From contig NC_086097.1 of assembly GCF_963921235.1 (NCBI RefSeq), forward strand, positions 3,596,001-3,660,000: DNA of 64,000 nucleotides, written 5' to 3'. The position numbers and the translations under genes were made by a program. Under the pieces are notes generated by a model. It saw nothing but the letters and a program-made list of their open reading frames with translations, had not been told where the DNA came from and ran no database searches. This DNA is from Mobula hypostoma (Eukaryota). Shown one piece after another: positions 36,253-48,535 of this stretch; the first letter of the stretch is position 1, and every line of letters starts with the position of its first letter.

Positions 36253-38130
36253 AGAGTGGATTCTGATTAATTGGGCCATCAATTAATCGGGGCAGCTGCT
36301 CATTAGGGGCAACTCTTAAAGAACAAGAACTAATCAAGAAATTCGGCAGGATTACCTTTGTTTACTTGGGACACTGTGCTGCTTAACTGAGGCAGGACAC
36401 AGTTTCTGAACACAAAATAATCTGCAGATGCTGGGGTCAAAGCAACACTCACAACACGCTGGAGGAACTCAGCAGGCCGGGTAGCATCTGTGGAAATGAT
36501 AAGTCGACTTTTCGGGCCGGAACCCTTCGTCAGGACTTTAGAGGGAAGGGGCAGAGGCCCTATAAAGAAGGTGGGGGGAGGGTGGGAAGGAGAAGGCTGG
36601 TAGGTTCCAGGTGAAAAACCAGTAAGGGGAAAGATAAAGGGGTGGGGGAGGGAAGCAGGGAGGTGATAGGCAGGAAAGGTGAAGAAGGAATAGGGGAAAA
36701 CACAATGGGTAGTAGAAGGAGGCGGAACCATGAGAGAGGTGATAGGCAGCTGGGGGAGGGGGCAGAGTGAAATAGGGATAGAGGAAGGGAGGGGGAGGGA
36801 ATTAACAGAAGTCGGAGAATTCTATGTTCATACCAAGGGGCTGGAAACTACCTAGACAGTATATGAGGTGTTGCTCCTCCAACCTGAGTTTAGCCTCATC
36901 ATGGCAGTAGAGGAGGCCATGTATGGACATATCTGAATGGGAATGGGAAGCTGAGTTGAAGTGGGTGGCTACCGGGAGATCCTGACTGTTGTGGCGGATG
37001 GAGCGGAGGTGCTCGACGAAGCGGTCCCCCAATCTGTGTCGGGTTTCACCGATGTAGAGGAGGCCACACCGGGAGCACCGGATGCAATAGATGATCCCAA
37101 CAGACTCACAAGTGAAGTGTTGCCTCACTTGGAAGTACTGTTTGGGGCCCTGAATGGTGGCAAGAGAGGAGGTGTAGGGACAGGTGTAGCACTTACGCTT
37201 ACAGGGATAAGTGCCAGGTGGGAGATCCGTGGGGAGGGACGTGTGGATCAGGGAGTCATGGAGGCACCAATCCCTGTGGAAGGTGGAGAGGGGTGGAGAG
37301 GGAAAGATGTGCTTCGTGGTGGGGTCCTGTTGAAGGTGGCGGAAGTTGTGGAGGATAACGTGTTGGATCCGGAGGCTGGTGGGGTGGTAGGTGAGGACAA
37401 GGGGAACTCTGTCCCTGTTGTGGTGGCGGGAGGATGGGGTGAGAGCCGAAGTGCGGGAAATGGAGGAGATGCGAGTGAGGGCTTCATTGATGATGGCAGA
37501 AGGGAAACCACAATCTTTAAAGAAAGAGGACATTTGAGATGTCCTGGAATGGAAAACCTCATCCTCAGAGCAGATGCGGCGGAGATGGAGGAACTGGGAA
37601 TAGGTAATGGCAGTTTCTGAACGATTTCTAACCAGAGTCAGATGTGTGCTCTTGTCTGGCCAATAGACACTACAGTGTGCTCAAAGCAAACAGTTTCTTA
37701 AATAGCATCAGTTGTGTATGCTTGTGGTCAAAAAGCAGTGATTTTTGTCACTGATAGTCGGTGAGAAATAACCAGCAAGACAATTCAGAACTGTTTTGCT
37801 CACTGCAGTTTCATGCATTCAGGCTTGGAGATGCCAGAAACAGATGTGAATGAAGATGAAATGATTTCACTGCTTCAACAAGTTAGGGACGATGAAGAAT
37901 TTGAAGGTATCAGCAATTATCTTCATTGTTACAACAAAAATGAAGATTAGGAGAATGAAATTGTGGAAAACATTGTAGGAAGGCAGTCCATTATCCCCAC
38001 TAGGTGTCTGTGCTGATTATGTTCAGTTACAGTCAATCAAAAAAACACAGCAGAGTACACTGGATGAATTCCTCTGTCGATAACTATTAGGAACTAATAC
38101 TAAGTTTTATAGTGGTCTAGTCGTTCCTAA
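36253..38130 (+). mobile_element. Tigger/pogo-like remnant split by a Penelope-like insertion
   Basis: After 37730 it reads KAVIFVTDSR*EITSKTIQNCFAHCSF (pogo/Tigger TIxNCF motif) followed by an acidic stretch. The 5' end has repeated taattggg motifs. Confidence 0.55.
36412..37610 (-). mobile_element. 5'-truncated Penelope-like element with intact GIY-YIG ORF segment (36802-37533)
   Basis: 243-aa ORF with VPLVLTYHP, PCKRKCYTC, GIIYCIRCSRCGLLYIGETRHRLGDRFVEH and QPLGMN. Hammerhead module at 36502-36537; 12-bp TSD CAGTTTCTGAAC (36400-36411 and 37611-37622). Confidence 0.95.
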
Positions 38131-38139
38131 CCTTGTCAT

Positions 38140-38470
38140 AGCCAGGGGTGGTAGTGGGAATAAGTTCCCACTACCTATAAAGTGCTCCAAATGGCGTGCG
38201 ACTCTAATAGCCTCTGACAACCAAGTCCAACTCTTGTCTTATTAGCTACTAGGCCCGGCGGAACTGTTTCTACTGACAAGAGAAGGGGCAAAGGTGGACC
38301 ACTGCACCTCAAGTCCTGTTGCTTCGGGCAGGTGGGGTTTGTTAGCTCACCAAGGAGAAGGAAAACTCTGATTTTAAACCTCCGCCTCCTTGCGGCCATA
38401 CCCACCCATGAGAAAGGCTCTGGGAGAAAATCCTGAGGAAGAAATCCAGAGCTAGGGTCCCTCAGGTAGT
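38140..38470 (+). mobile_element. Dispersed repeat resembling an RTE-type 5' UTR (partial second copy at 53274-53372)
   Basis: Two homologous copies, a 5' hairpin, and a GGAGAAGGAAAACTCTGATTTTAAACC motif that resembles RTE 5' UTRs (from recall). Confidence 0.45.
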
Positions 38471-39190
38471 TTGATGCTGCAGCAGTGTTTGCCAGATGGG
38501 AACAGCTGAAACAGTTTATGGTTGGGGTGACCGGTGTCCCTGATGATCTTCCAGGCCTTCTTTCTGCACCTGCTGCTGTAAATGTCCTCAGTGGAGGGAA
38601 GTTCACATCCACAGATGTGCTGGGCTGTCCGTACCACTCTCTGCAGTGCCCAGTGATCAAGGTTGTGCAGTTCCCGTATCAGGCAGTGATACAGCCAGTT
38701 AGTACGCAATCAATGGTGCCCCTGTAGAAGTCCTTGAGGATTTGGGATTCATGCTGAACTTCCTCAGTTACCTGAGGTGGAAGAGATGCTGTTGTTCTTT
38801 TTTCTGCCACAAAGCCGGTGTGTAAGTCCAGGTGAGACCATCAGTGATGTGTATACCGAGGAACTTGAAGCTACTCACCTTCTTAACTGCAGACTCATTG
38901 ATTCTGATCGGGGCAAGCTTGTCTCTATTCCTCCTGTAATCCACAATCAGCTCTTTTGTGTTGCACATTGAGGGAGAGCTTGTTATCTTGGCACCAAGGT
39001 TGTTAGGGGGAGCTCAGTCATCTCACGGCCTGGGGAAAGAAGCTGTTTCCCATTCTAACAGTCCTTGTTCTGATGCTATGCTACCTCTTGCCTGATGGTG
39101 GGGGATCAATGAGATTGTTGGATGGATGGGAGGAATCATTGACAATGTGTATGCAGCTCTCCTGATAAATATCTCTGATGGGTGGAAGAG
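38471..39190 (-). mobile_element. Rex1-like LINE fragments
   Basis: NTKELIVDYRR...SFKFLGIHITDGLTW and ALQRVVRTAQHICG...DTGHPNHKLFQLFPSG. Confidence 0.8.
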
Positions 39191-39231
39191 AGAATCAGGA
39201 GTATTTTCACAAAATATTGACATGATTTTAG

Positions 39232-39393
39232 ACTTCATACACAAAAGGTTGGAGGGACTCAGCTTGATGAAGAGTCTTGTCCCGAAACATTGACTGTTTA
39301 TTCATTTCTATAGATGCTGCCTGACCTGCTGAGTTCCCCAGTCTTTTGTGTGTGTTACTCTGGATTTTTGGCATCTACAAAATCTCTTGTGTC
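39232..39393 (+). mobile_element. Short Penelope-like 3' module with a small inverted 5' piece
   Basis: 11-bp TSD CATGATTTTAG (39221-39231 and 39394-39404); 39239-39263 is an imperfect reverse complement of 39328-39352. Confidence 0.8.
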
Positions 39394-39695
39394 CATGATT
39401 TTAGGCTTGATGTTTGAAGAAATTGTTGAGTTATAACCTGTCAATCAAGCCCCGTTAACCAGTGACTGAGGTTGATCAATTGTGTGTGTGTAACCTGAAT
39501 ACATTTACATGGCCTTCACCCACTGTATTTGTAGAAACTACTGGAGAAGCTCTGAGTATAGAGTACTGAGCAAAAGTCTTGGGCACACATACGTAGCTGG
39601 GGAGCCTTAGACTTTTATACTGTACATCCTATTCATAAACAAAATGTTTTCCATTGTTGGGTGTGCACTCAATGGGTTCTGTGAGCACATATTGT

Positions 39696-40155
39696 GGGCT
39701 AACATATGAGGAGCGTCTGTCGGCTCTTGGACTGTATTCATTCGAGTATAGAAGAATGAGAGGGGATCTCATAGAAACATTTCGAATGTTGAAAGGGTTG
39801 GACAGAGTAGATGTGGAAAGGTTGTTTCCCTTGGTGGGTGAGTCCAGGACAAGAGGCCATAGTCTTAGAATTAGAGGGTACCCAGTTAAAACAGAGATGA
39901 GGAGAAATTTTTTTGGCCAGAGGGTCGTGGATTTATGGAATTCGTTGCCACATACAGCTGTGGAGGCCCGAACATTGAGGGTGTTTAAGTAGGAGATTGA
40001 CAGGTATCTAATTAGTCAGGGTATCAAGGGATATGGGGAAAAAGCCGGAAATTGGAACTAGATGGGTGAATAGTTTAGCTCATGGGGGAGCTGCAGAGCA
40101 GACTCGATGGGCTGAATGGCCTACTTCTGCTCCTTTGTCTTGTGATCTTGTGATA
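39696..40155 (+). mobile_element. CR1 3' end
   Basis: GLTYEERLSALGLYS...RTRGHSL with a (TCTTGTGA)n tail. Confidence 0.88.
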
Positions 40156-40159
40156 TTCC

Positions 40160-40780
40160 ACCAACTTCTATAGATGCACCGTAGAGAGTATCCGGACTGG
40201 TTGAATCATAGCCTGGTATGGAAACAGCAGTGCCCAAGAACAGAAATGACTACAGAAAATGGTGGATACGACCCAGTCCATTGCAGGCAAATCCCTTCCT
40301 ACCACTGAATGCATTTTCATGGAGCGCACCACAAGCAAGTAGTATCCATCATCAAGGACTCCCACCACCCACTCTCTACTACTATCAGACTTGAGATACA
40401 GAAGTCTTAGGTCCCACATCACCAGGTTTCTAGAACATAGATCGGTACAGCACAGGAACAGGCCCTTGCTCCCACACTATTGTGCTGTATCAATTAAATT
40501 AGTGATCAAATGGTTAACTAAACTAATCCTCTCTGCCTACACAATGTCCACATCCCTTCATTTTCCTCACATTCATCTGCTGATCTAAATCTCTCTTAAA
40601 AATCACAAATGTATCTGCCTCTACCACCACCCCAGGCAGCACATTCCAGGCATCCACCACTCTCTGTAAAAAAAACTTACCGCCCACATTTCCTTTGAAA
40701 TTACCCCCTCTTACTTTAAATTCATGCCCTCTGGTACTAGACATTCTAAACCTGGGAAAAATATACTGTCTGTCTATCTA
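40160..40780. mobile_element. Rex1-like fragment (+, 40160-40428) abutting a CR1 3' end (-, 40430-40780)
   Basis: FYRCTVESIRTG*IIAWYGNS on the plus strand and SSTRGHEFKVRGG on the minus strand. Confidence 0.75.
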
Positions 40781-40829
40781 TGCATCAGTGCCGGACTTTG
40801 GAGCGAAGGCTCCCGAGTTCGAATCTCTG

Positions 40830-42270
40830 GAAGACTGCAAATGTCACTCCACTCTTTAAGAAAGGAGGAAGGTAGCAGAGAAGAGACTATAGACCAGTTA
40901 GCCTGACCTCAGTGGTTGGGAAGATGTTGAAGTCAATTGTTAAGGATGAGGTAATGGAGTACTTGGTAACACAGGACAAGATAGTACAAAGTCAGCATGG
41001 TTTCCTTCAGGAAAAATCCTGCCTGATGAGTCTGTTGGAATTATTTGAGGAGATTACAAGTAGGATAGATAAAGGGGATGCAGTGGATATTGTATATTTG
41101 GACTTTCAGAAGGCCTTTAGCAAGGTGCCACACATGAGGCTGCTTACAAAGTTAAGTTACCATGGTATTACAGGAAAGTTACTGACATGGTTAGAGCATT
41201 GGCTGATTGGTAGGAGACAGCGAATAAAAGGATCCCTTTCTGGTTGGCTTCCAGTGACTAATGCTGTTCCGCAGGGGTTGGTGTTGGGACCACTTTTTAT
41301 GCTGTATATAAATGATTTAGGTGATGAAATAGATGGCTTTGTTGCCAAGTCTGCAAAGGATACAAAGATTGGTGGAGGGGCAGGTAGTGTTGAAGAAACA
41401 AGTAGGCTGCATATGGACTTAGACAAATTAGGAGAGTGGGTAAGAAAGTGGCAAATGAAATACAATGTTGGAAAATGCACAGTCATACACTTTGGTAACA
41501 GAAATAAATGTGCAGACTATTTTCTAAACTGGGAGAAAATCCAAAAATCTGAGCTGCAGAGGGACTTGGGATTCCTTGTGAAGAACATCCTAAAGGTTAA
41601 CTTGTGGGTAGAGTCAGTGGTGAGAAAGGCAAATGCCATGTTAGCATTCATTTCAAATGGTCTAGAATACAAGAGCAAGGACGTGATGCTGAGGCTTTAT
41701 AAGGCACTGGTGAGGCCTCACCTTAAATATTGTGAACAGCTTTGGGCCCCTCATCTTAGAAGAGATGTGCTGGCATTGAAGAGGGTCCAGAGGAGGTTCA
41801 CAAGGATAATTCCAGGAATGAAAGGGTTATCATACGAGGAATGTTTGATGGTTCTGGGTCTGTACTCACTGGAATTTAGGGGATCTCATTGAAATCTTTG
41901 AAATGTTGAAAGACCTAGACAGAGTAGATGTGGAAAGGACATTTCTCATGGTGGGGGAGTCTAGGACAAGAGGGCACAACCTCAGGATCGAGGGGTGTCC
42001 ATTCAAAACAGAGATGTGGTGACATTTCTTTAGCCAGAAGGTGGTGAATTTGTGGAATTTATTACTACAGGCAGCTGTGGAGGCCAGGTAGTTGGGTGTA
42101 TTTAAGGCAGAGCTTGATAGGTTCTTGATTGGATACAGTATCAAGGGTTATGGGGGGGGGAGTCTGGGGAGTGGGGCTGAGGAGGAGAAAAAATGATCAG
42201 CTATGATTGAATGGCAGAATAGACTTGATGAGCCAAATGACTTAATTCTGTTCCTATGTCTTATGGTCTT
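40830..42270 (+). mobile_element. 5'-truncated CR1 with a 326-aa open RT region
   Basis: QHGFLQEKSCL, YLDFQKAF, AVPQGLVLGP, KSAKDTK (catalytic DD mutated) and a TCTTATGG tail; same subfamily as 6864-9625. Confidence 0.92.
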
Positions 42271-42559
42271 TTGATACATGACACTATACGACTCGAGTTC
42301 TCAGCATTATTTATTTATTACTCAATTTTGTTTGTCAGTCTTTATGTATAAATCCTATTATAGTTCTTTATTTTCCTATAAATGCCCACAAAAAATGAAT
42401 GTAAAGGTAGTAAATGGTGACATAACTGTGCCACTTTAATAATAAATTTACTTTGAACTTTGATACTTCAATGGTTTTATTGGAAAAAGAACAAACTTGT
42501 ACAGGTACAGCTTCTTGCACAATGTGCCAATGGACAACACACCCGATAAGAGCAACACA

Positions 42560-43320
42560 ACAGACACAAAATGTTGTCCACAGGTCCGGCAGCATCTATG
42601 GACAGGAATAAACGGTCAGCATTTCAGCCCGAAACCCTTCATCAAGACTGGAAAGGAAGGGGGAAGCTGCCAGAATGAGGAGATGGGGGGAGGGGAAGGA
42701 GAACCGGCTAGAATGTGAAAGGTGAAGCTGAGTAAGAAAAGGGAAAAGGTAAAGGACTGGAAAAGAAAGAATCTCGTTGGAGAGATGAGTCACCAAAGAA
42801 GGGAAAGAGCAGGGTCACCAGGAGGAGGTGATAGGCAGGTGCAGAGGAGAGGTAAGAGGGGGAGCCAGAGTGGGAAATGGAAGAAGAGGGAAGGGAGAAG
42901 GGGAAGAATTACCATAAGTTAGAGAAGTCGATGTTCATGCCATCAGGTTGGAGGCTACCCAGATGGAATATAAGGTGTTGCTCCTCCAACCTGAGAATGG
43001 CCTCATCATGCCAGAGGAGAAGGCCATAGACTGACATGGGAATGGGGAACACTTAATATGATATTGTTTCCAATGGGGTATTGTGAAATGTGGTAGTCAG
43101 TCTGAAAAATATCCTATGTTTACTAAAAATGCATTTCACTCTGCAGTCTACACAAAATGCTGCAGGATCTTAGCATTAATGGGAATTAATAGACAGTTGA
43201 TTTATGGGGCTGAGACGCTTCATCAGGAGTGGAAAGAAAAGGGAGCAGAAGACAGAATAAGCAGTTGGGATGAGGAGAAGGAGACAAGGTGGCAGACGAT
43301 AGGTGAGATGAGATGAGAAG
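42560..43320 (-). mobile_element. Two Penelope-like 3' remnants (42560-43050 and 43150-43320)
   Basis: DEAILRLEEQHLIFHLGSLQPDGMNIDFSNL on the minus strand; degenerate hammerhead modules at 42613-42650 and 43193-43230. Confidence 0.8.
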
Positions 43321-43324
43321 GAAG

Positions 43325-44135
43325 GTGTCAAAGTATGCATGCAGTATATAACCCTGAGATTCATCTTCCCACATTCAGCCAAAAGACAGAGAATAACCAT
43401 GGACCCTGTTCAAAGACAAACACCAAACCAACTCCCACCTGGAAAAAAAAACAAATCATGCAAACAGCAACAAAAGAAAAAAGAACGAGCCAAAACACAG
43501 AATATAAAACACAAAATCGAAAGAGTCCAGGCGTTTTCAGTTTGTTCAGTGTCATTAACTGCAGGCTGCCCAATTCAAATTTACCCAAAAATAGCAACAG
43601 AGAAAGGAATGATGGAAAACCAGAAAACACATCCTAACATGAACCACCGTCCAATCCAAAAACCATGTTGATTAAACTTTGCTCCAACACCATCCTCTGA
43701 CAGCATCGAGGGAGAGGGAGATCATTCGAATGCAGGGACCTTCCTTTGGGAACAGCGAGCAAGAGGGAGAGGGGGATTGTATCACAGACACATTCCCCAG
43801 AAGCAGTAGGCAAAAAGCTGGTAATGGCGCGAACACTCACTCAGCTTCCATATTCACCTCAATGTTTTCAATCTTCCTCGAACCTTTAATTGGTGCAATC
43901 AGTAGGAAATGAGGTCGATCATGGTCTCACACCCTTTCTCTAAGGTTCTTGGCCTCGAGGAGGCCACTCACCTCCTGGAACCCTCTCAGAGGCAGCAAGG
44001 GTCAATTGACCCAGAAATACACCATCAAAGAGTAGATCACAAGCTCCAACAGTACCAGAACTATATTTGAAAGAATTTTCTGGACCATTTTGAGGATGTC
44101 ATCCATGGTAGTGGTGTTTGCTGGTGCCATCTTCT
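43325..44135 (-). mobile_element. Non-coding retroelement of the same family as 3877-5134, without the minisatellite expansion
   Basis: Shared blocks with the reverse complement of 3975-5110: tcaaagtatg...ctgagattc, ccat..a...t.ttcaaaga.aaaca, tgcaaacagcaa and aaacacagaat...gaaagagtccagg. Confidence 0.65.
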
Positions 44136-44149
44136 GAATAATTCAGAAC

Positions 44150-44622
44150 TCAGATATTCGACTAAAACCAGGACGGGTGAGTACATCACACCTGTCCTAA
44201 CTATTCTTCTTTGGCTTCCTGTTTCTTTTAGAATTGATTGTAAAGTTCTCTATGTTTTCAAAGCTCTAATGGTCTGGGACCAGAGTACATCACGGAAACG
44301 TTTTCATTTTATAATCCTGCTCAAGCTCTCAGGTCCTTTTCCACCAATCTCTTAAATTTAAACAATCTCCCTCAAAAGATAATTGGCAGGTCAGCTTTTT
44401 TGAACTATGCTCCTAAACTGTGGAATTCAACATCTAAAACTATAAGGAATGTAGACTCAGTTGTCACTTTTAAACGCCAGCTCAAAACCTAATTATTTAA
44501 CCTTGCTTTTAACTGACATATTTTTGTCTTTTATTTTCATGTTTGCTTTTATCCCGTTGTAAAACACTTTGAACTACATCACCTGTATGAATGCTACTCT
44601 GTAAATGAGTTATTATTATTAT
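44150..44622 (+). mobile_element. L2-clade LINE 3' end
   Basis: TKTRTGEYITPVLTILLWLPVSFRIDCKVL...FKAL.GLGPEYI...APKLWNS...FKRQLKT matches the L2 HITPVL/WLPV motif; (TTA)n tail. Confidence 0.8.
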
Positions 44623-47600
44623 AGATATATTCTTTTTCTCTGCCCAAGCTGGTAAAACCTGAGGAATGGGCATAGCATTCATTTCTCAATTTCTAGGAAC
44701 TTTCCAAGTGGTGTTTAGTATTGTGGTTTTCTGGAGATTTACATAAATATTGCTGTGTAGGCCGAATTGTTTAATGCTATTGTGTAGTGACTTTGGGATG
44801 ATAGCAGTTGCAAATATTACTATTGGGGCAATGTGTACCCTGTTCATGTTCCATAGTCTTTCAATTTCCTCTTTTAATTCAGCATATTTCTGGTATTATT
44901 TCAGTTATTGATTTCTGTAAGTTATGTGTGTTTGGAATGGCTATATCTATTAAACCGGCCTGGGGGGAAGCAACAGCAGACGTGCCTCTGGCACTGAGTC
45001 TCCCCTGTGGTTAGAAGGGTAGGGAACTGAAGGGGATGGCAGCAGTACTAGGGGACTCTATAGTCAGAGGACAGGTAGGTGAATCTGTAGATGCGAAAAG
45101 GAATCACGGATGGTAGTTTGCTTCCCAGGTGCCAGGGTCCACAGTGTTTCTCAACATGTCCACGATATCTTGAAAAGGGAGCCAGCAGCCAGAAGTACGA
45201 GCAACACGGGTGGGAAAAGGGAGGAAGTCCTGAAAACAGTATAGACGGAGTTAGGCAGAAAGCTGAGAAGCAGGACCTCAAGGGTAGTAATGTCACAATT
45301 GTAATAGGGGACTTCAATATGGGAAAATCAGGTTGGTGTCAGATCACAAGAGAGGGAATTTGTAGAATGCCCACAAGGTGGCTTTTTAGAGCGGCTGGTT
45401 CTTGAGCCTACCTGGGGAAAGTCTATCTTAGATTGGGTGTTGTGTAATATTAGGGAGCTTAACATAAAGGAACCCTTAGGAGGCAGTGATCATAATTTGA
45501 ATTCATACTGCAATTTGAGAGGGAGAAGCATAAGTCAGATGTATCAGAATCACAATGGTGTAACCGGAATTACAGAGGCATGAGAGAGGATCTTGCCAGG
45601 TGGATTGGAGGAGGATATGAGCAGGGATGGCAGGGAAGTTAAGGACTGCATAAAAGCCAAGAAAAGGCATATAAGGCAGCAAAAGTGAGTGGGAAGTTGG
45701 ATGATTGGGAAGCTTTTAAAATCAACAAAAGGCAACTAAAAAAGCTATAAGAAGTGAAAAGATGAAATATGAGGGCACACTAGCCAATAATATAAAACAG
45801 GATACTAAAAGCTTTTTTTCAGTTCTATAAGGAGTAAAAGGGGGGTAAGAGTTGATATTAGACCACTGGAAAATGATGCTGCTGATATAGTAATGGGGGA
45901 CAAGGAAATGGCAGCTGAACATAAAGGGTACTTTGCATCAGTCGTCACTGTGGAAGACACTAGCAGTGTGCCAGAGGTCCATGAGTGTCAGGGAGCAGGA
46001 GTGAGTGCCATTTCTATTACAAAGGAAAAAGTTCTGGGCAACTCAAAAGTCTTAAGGTGGATAAGTCACCTGGACCAGATGGACTACATCCCAGAGTCCT
46101 GAGAGAGGTTGCTGAAGAGATAATGGATTACATTGGTCAAGATCTTGATTCTGGCATGATCCCGGAGGACTGGAACATTGTAAATGTCACTCCACACTTT
46201 AAGAAGGGAAGAATGCAAAAGAAAGGAAATTTTTGGCCAGTTAGCCTAACCTCAGTGGTTGGGAAAGTGTTGGAGTCTATTATTAAGGATGAGGTTTCAA
46301 AGTACTTGGAGACTAATGATAGAATAAGTCAAAGTCAGCATTGTTTCTTTAAAAGAATCTTCTCTGACCAATCTATTAGAGTGCTTCGAGGAAGTAACAA
46401 GCAGGGAGGACAAAGGAGAGGCACAGGATGTCATTTACTGGGATTTTCAGAAGGTGTTTGATAAGGTGGCACATGAGACTGCTTAACAAGATAAAATCCT
46501 GTGGCGTTACAGGGAAGATACTGGCATGGATAGAGGAATGGCTGACAGGCAGGAGGCAGTGAGTGGGAATAAAGGGGGCCTTTTCTGGTTGGCTGCCAGT
46601 GACTAGTGGTGTTCCTCAGGGGTCAGTATTGGGACCGCTACTTTTCACATTGTTTGTCAATGATTTAGATAATGGAGTTGATGCCTTTGTGGCAAAGTTT
46701 GTGGATGATACGAAGACAGGTGGAGAGATAGGCAGTTCTGAGGAAACAATGTGATTGCAGCAGGACTTAGACAAATTGGATGAATGGACAAAATAGTGGC
46801 AGATGGAATAGTGGTGGGAAATGTTATGATAATGTATTTTTGTAAAACGAACAATAGCGCAGGCTATTGTCTAAATGAGGAGAAAGCCCAAACATCAGAG
46901 GTGCAGAGGGACTTAGGAGTCCTCATGCAAGACACCCAGAAGGTTAATTCACAGGTTGAGTCTGCGGTGAAGAAGGCAAATGCAATGTTGGCATTTATTT
47001 CAAGAGGAATAGAATATAAAAGCCAGGAGATAATGCTGAGGCTTTATAAGACACTAGTCAGGCCGCACATGAAGTATTGTCAAAGGTTTCAGGCCCCATA
47101 TCTCAGAAAGGATGTGCTGTCATTGGAGAGAGTCCAGAGAAGGTTCATGAGGATTATTCTAGGAATGAAGAGGTTTACATATGAAGATCGTTTGGCAGCA
47201 CACTGGAATTTAGAAGAATCGGTGGGATTTCATTGAAACCTATTGAATGTATGGTGGATGTGGAGAAGATATTTCCTATAGTAGGGTTATCCAGAACTAG
47301 ATACCAAAATTGAGTAGAACTCAAAATTGAGGGGCGACCCTTTAGGACAGAAGTAAGGGGACCTTTGTTAGCGACAGAGTAGTGAATCTGTGGAAGACTC
47401 TGCTACAGACTGTTGAGGAGCCAAGTCTGTGGGTATTAAAAATATTTTAAAAAGTGGAATTTGATAGTTTTCTAATTGGTCAGGGCATCAAAAGATACAG
47501 CGAGAAGGCGGGTGTATGTGGTTGAGGATTAGGTAATGAACCAGGTCAGGTCACAGATCTCTCGGTGGGTGAGCATCTGGGGGACAGTGACCACCACTCC

Positions 47601-48535
47601 CTGGCCTTTAGCATTATCATAGAAAAGCAAAGAATCAGAGGGGACAGGAAAATTTTTAATTGGGGAAGGGCAAATTATGAGGCTATAAGGCTAGAACTTG
47701 CGGGTGTGAACTGGGATGATGTTTTTGCAGGGAAATGTACTATGGACATGTGGTTGATGTTTAGGGATCTCTTGCAGGATGTTAGGGATAAATTTGTCCT
47801 GGTGAGGAAGATAAAGAATGGTAGGGTGAAGGAACCATGGGTGACAAGTGAGGTGGAAAATCTAGTCAGGTGGAAGAAGGCAGCATACATTGGGTTTAGT
47901 AAGCAAGGATCAGATGGGTCTATTGAGGAATATAGGGAAGCAAGAAAGGAGCTTAAGAAGGGGCTGAGAAGAGCAAGAAGGGGGCATGAGAAGGCCTTGG
48001 CGAGTAGGGTAAAGGAAAACCCCAAGGAATTCTTCAATTATGTGAAGAACAAAAGGATGACAGGAGTGAAGGTAGGACCGATTAGAGATAAGGGTGGGAA
48101 GATGTGCCTGGAATCTGTGGAAGTGAGTGAGGTCCTTAATGAATACTTCTCTTCAGTATTCACCAATGAGAGGGAACTTGATGACGGTGAGGACAATATG
48201 AGTGAGGTTGATGTTCTGGAGCATGTTGATATTCAGGGAGAGGAGGTGTTGGAGTTGTTAAAATACATTAGGATGGATAGGTTCCCGGGACCTGACAGAA
48301 TATTCCCCAGGCTGCTCCACGAGGTGAGGGAAGAGATTGCTGAGCCTCTGACTAGGATCTTTATGTCCTTGTTGTCCACGGGAATGGTACCGGAGGATTG
48401 GAGGGAGGCGAATGTTGTCCCCTTGTTCAAAAAAGGTAGTAGGGATAGTCTGGGCAATTATAGACCAGTGAGCCTTACGTCTGTGGTGGGAATGCTGTTG
48501 GAAAAGATTCTTAGAGATAGGATGTATGGGCATTT

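Noticed and set aside
36961..37620. 219-aa plus-strand ORF
   Set aside because: It is the antisense shadow of the PLE GIY-YIG ORF.
40912..41892. Functional reverse transcriptase gene (also 47565-48599)
   Set aside because: It is 5'-truncated and the catalytic FADD is changed to SAKD. The 47.5 kb ORF is cut by an LTR.
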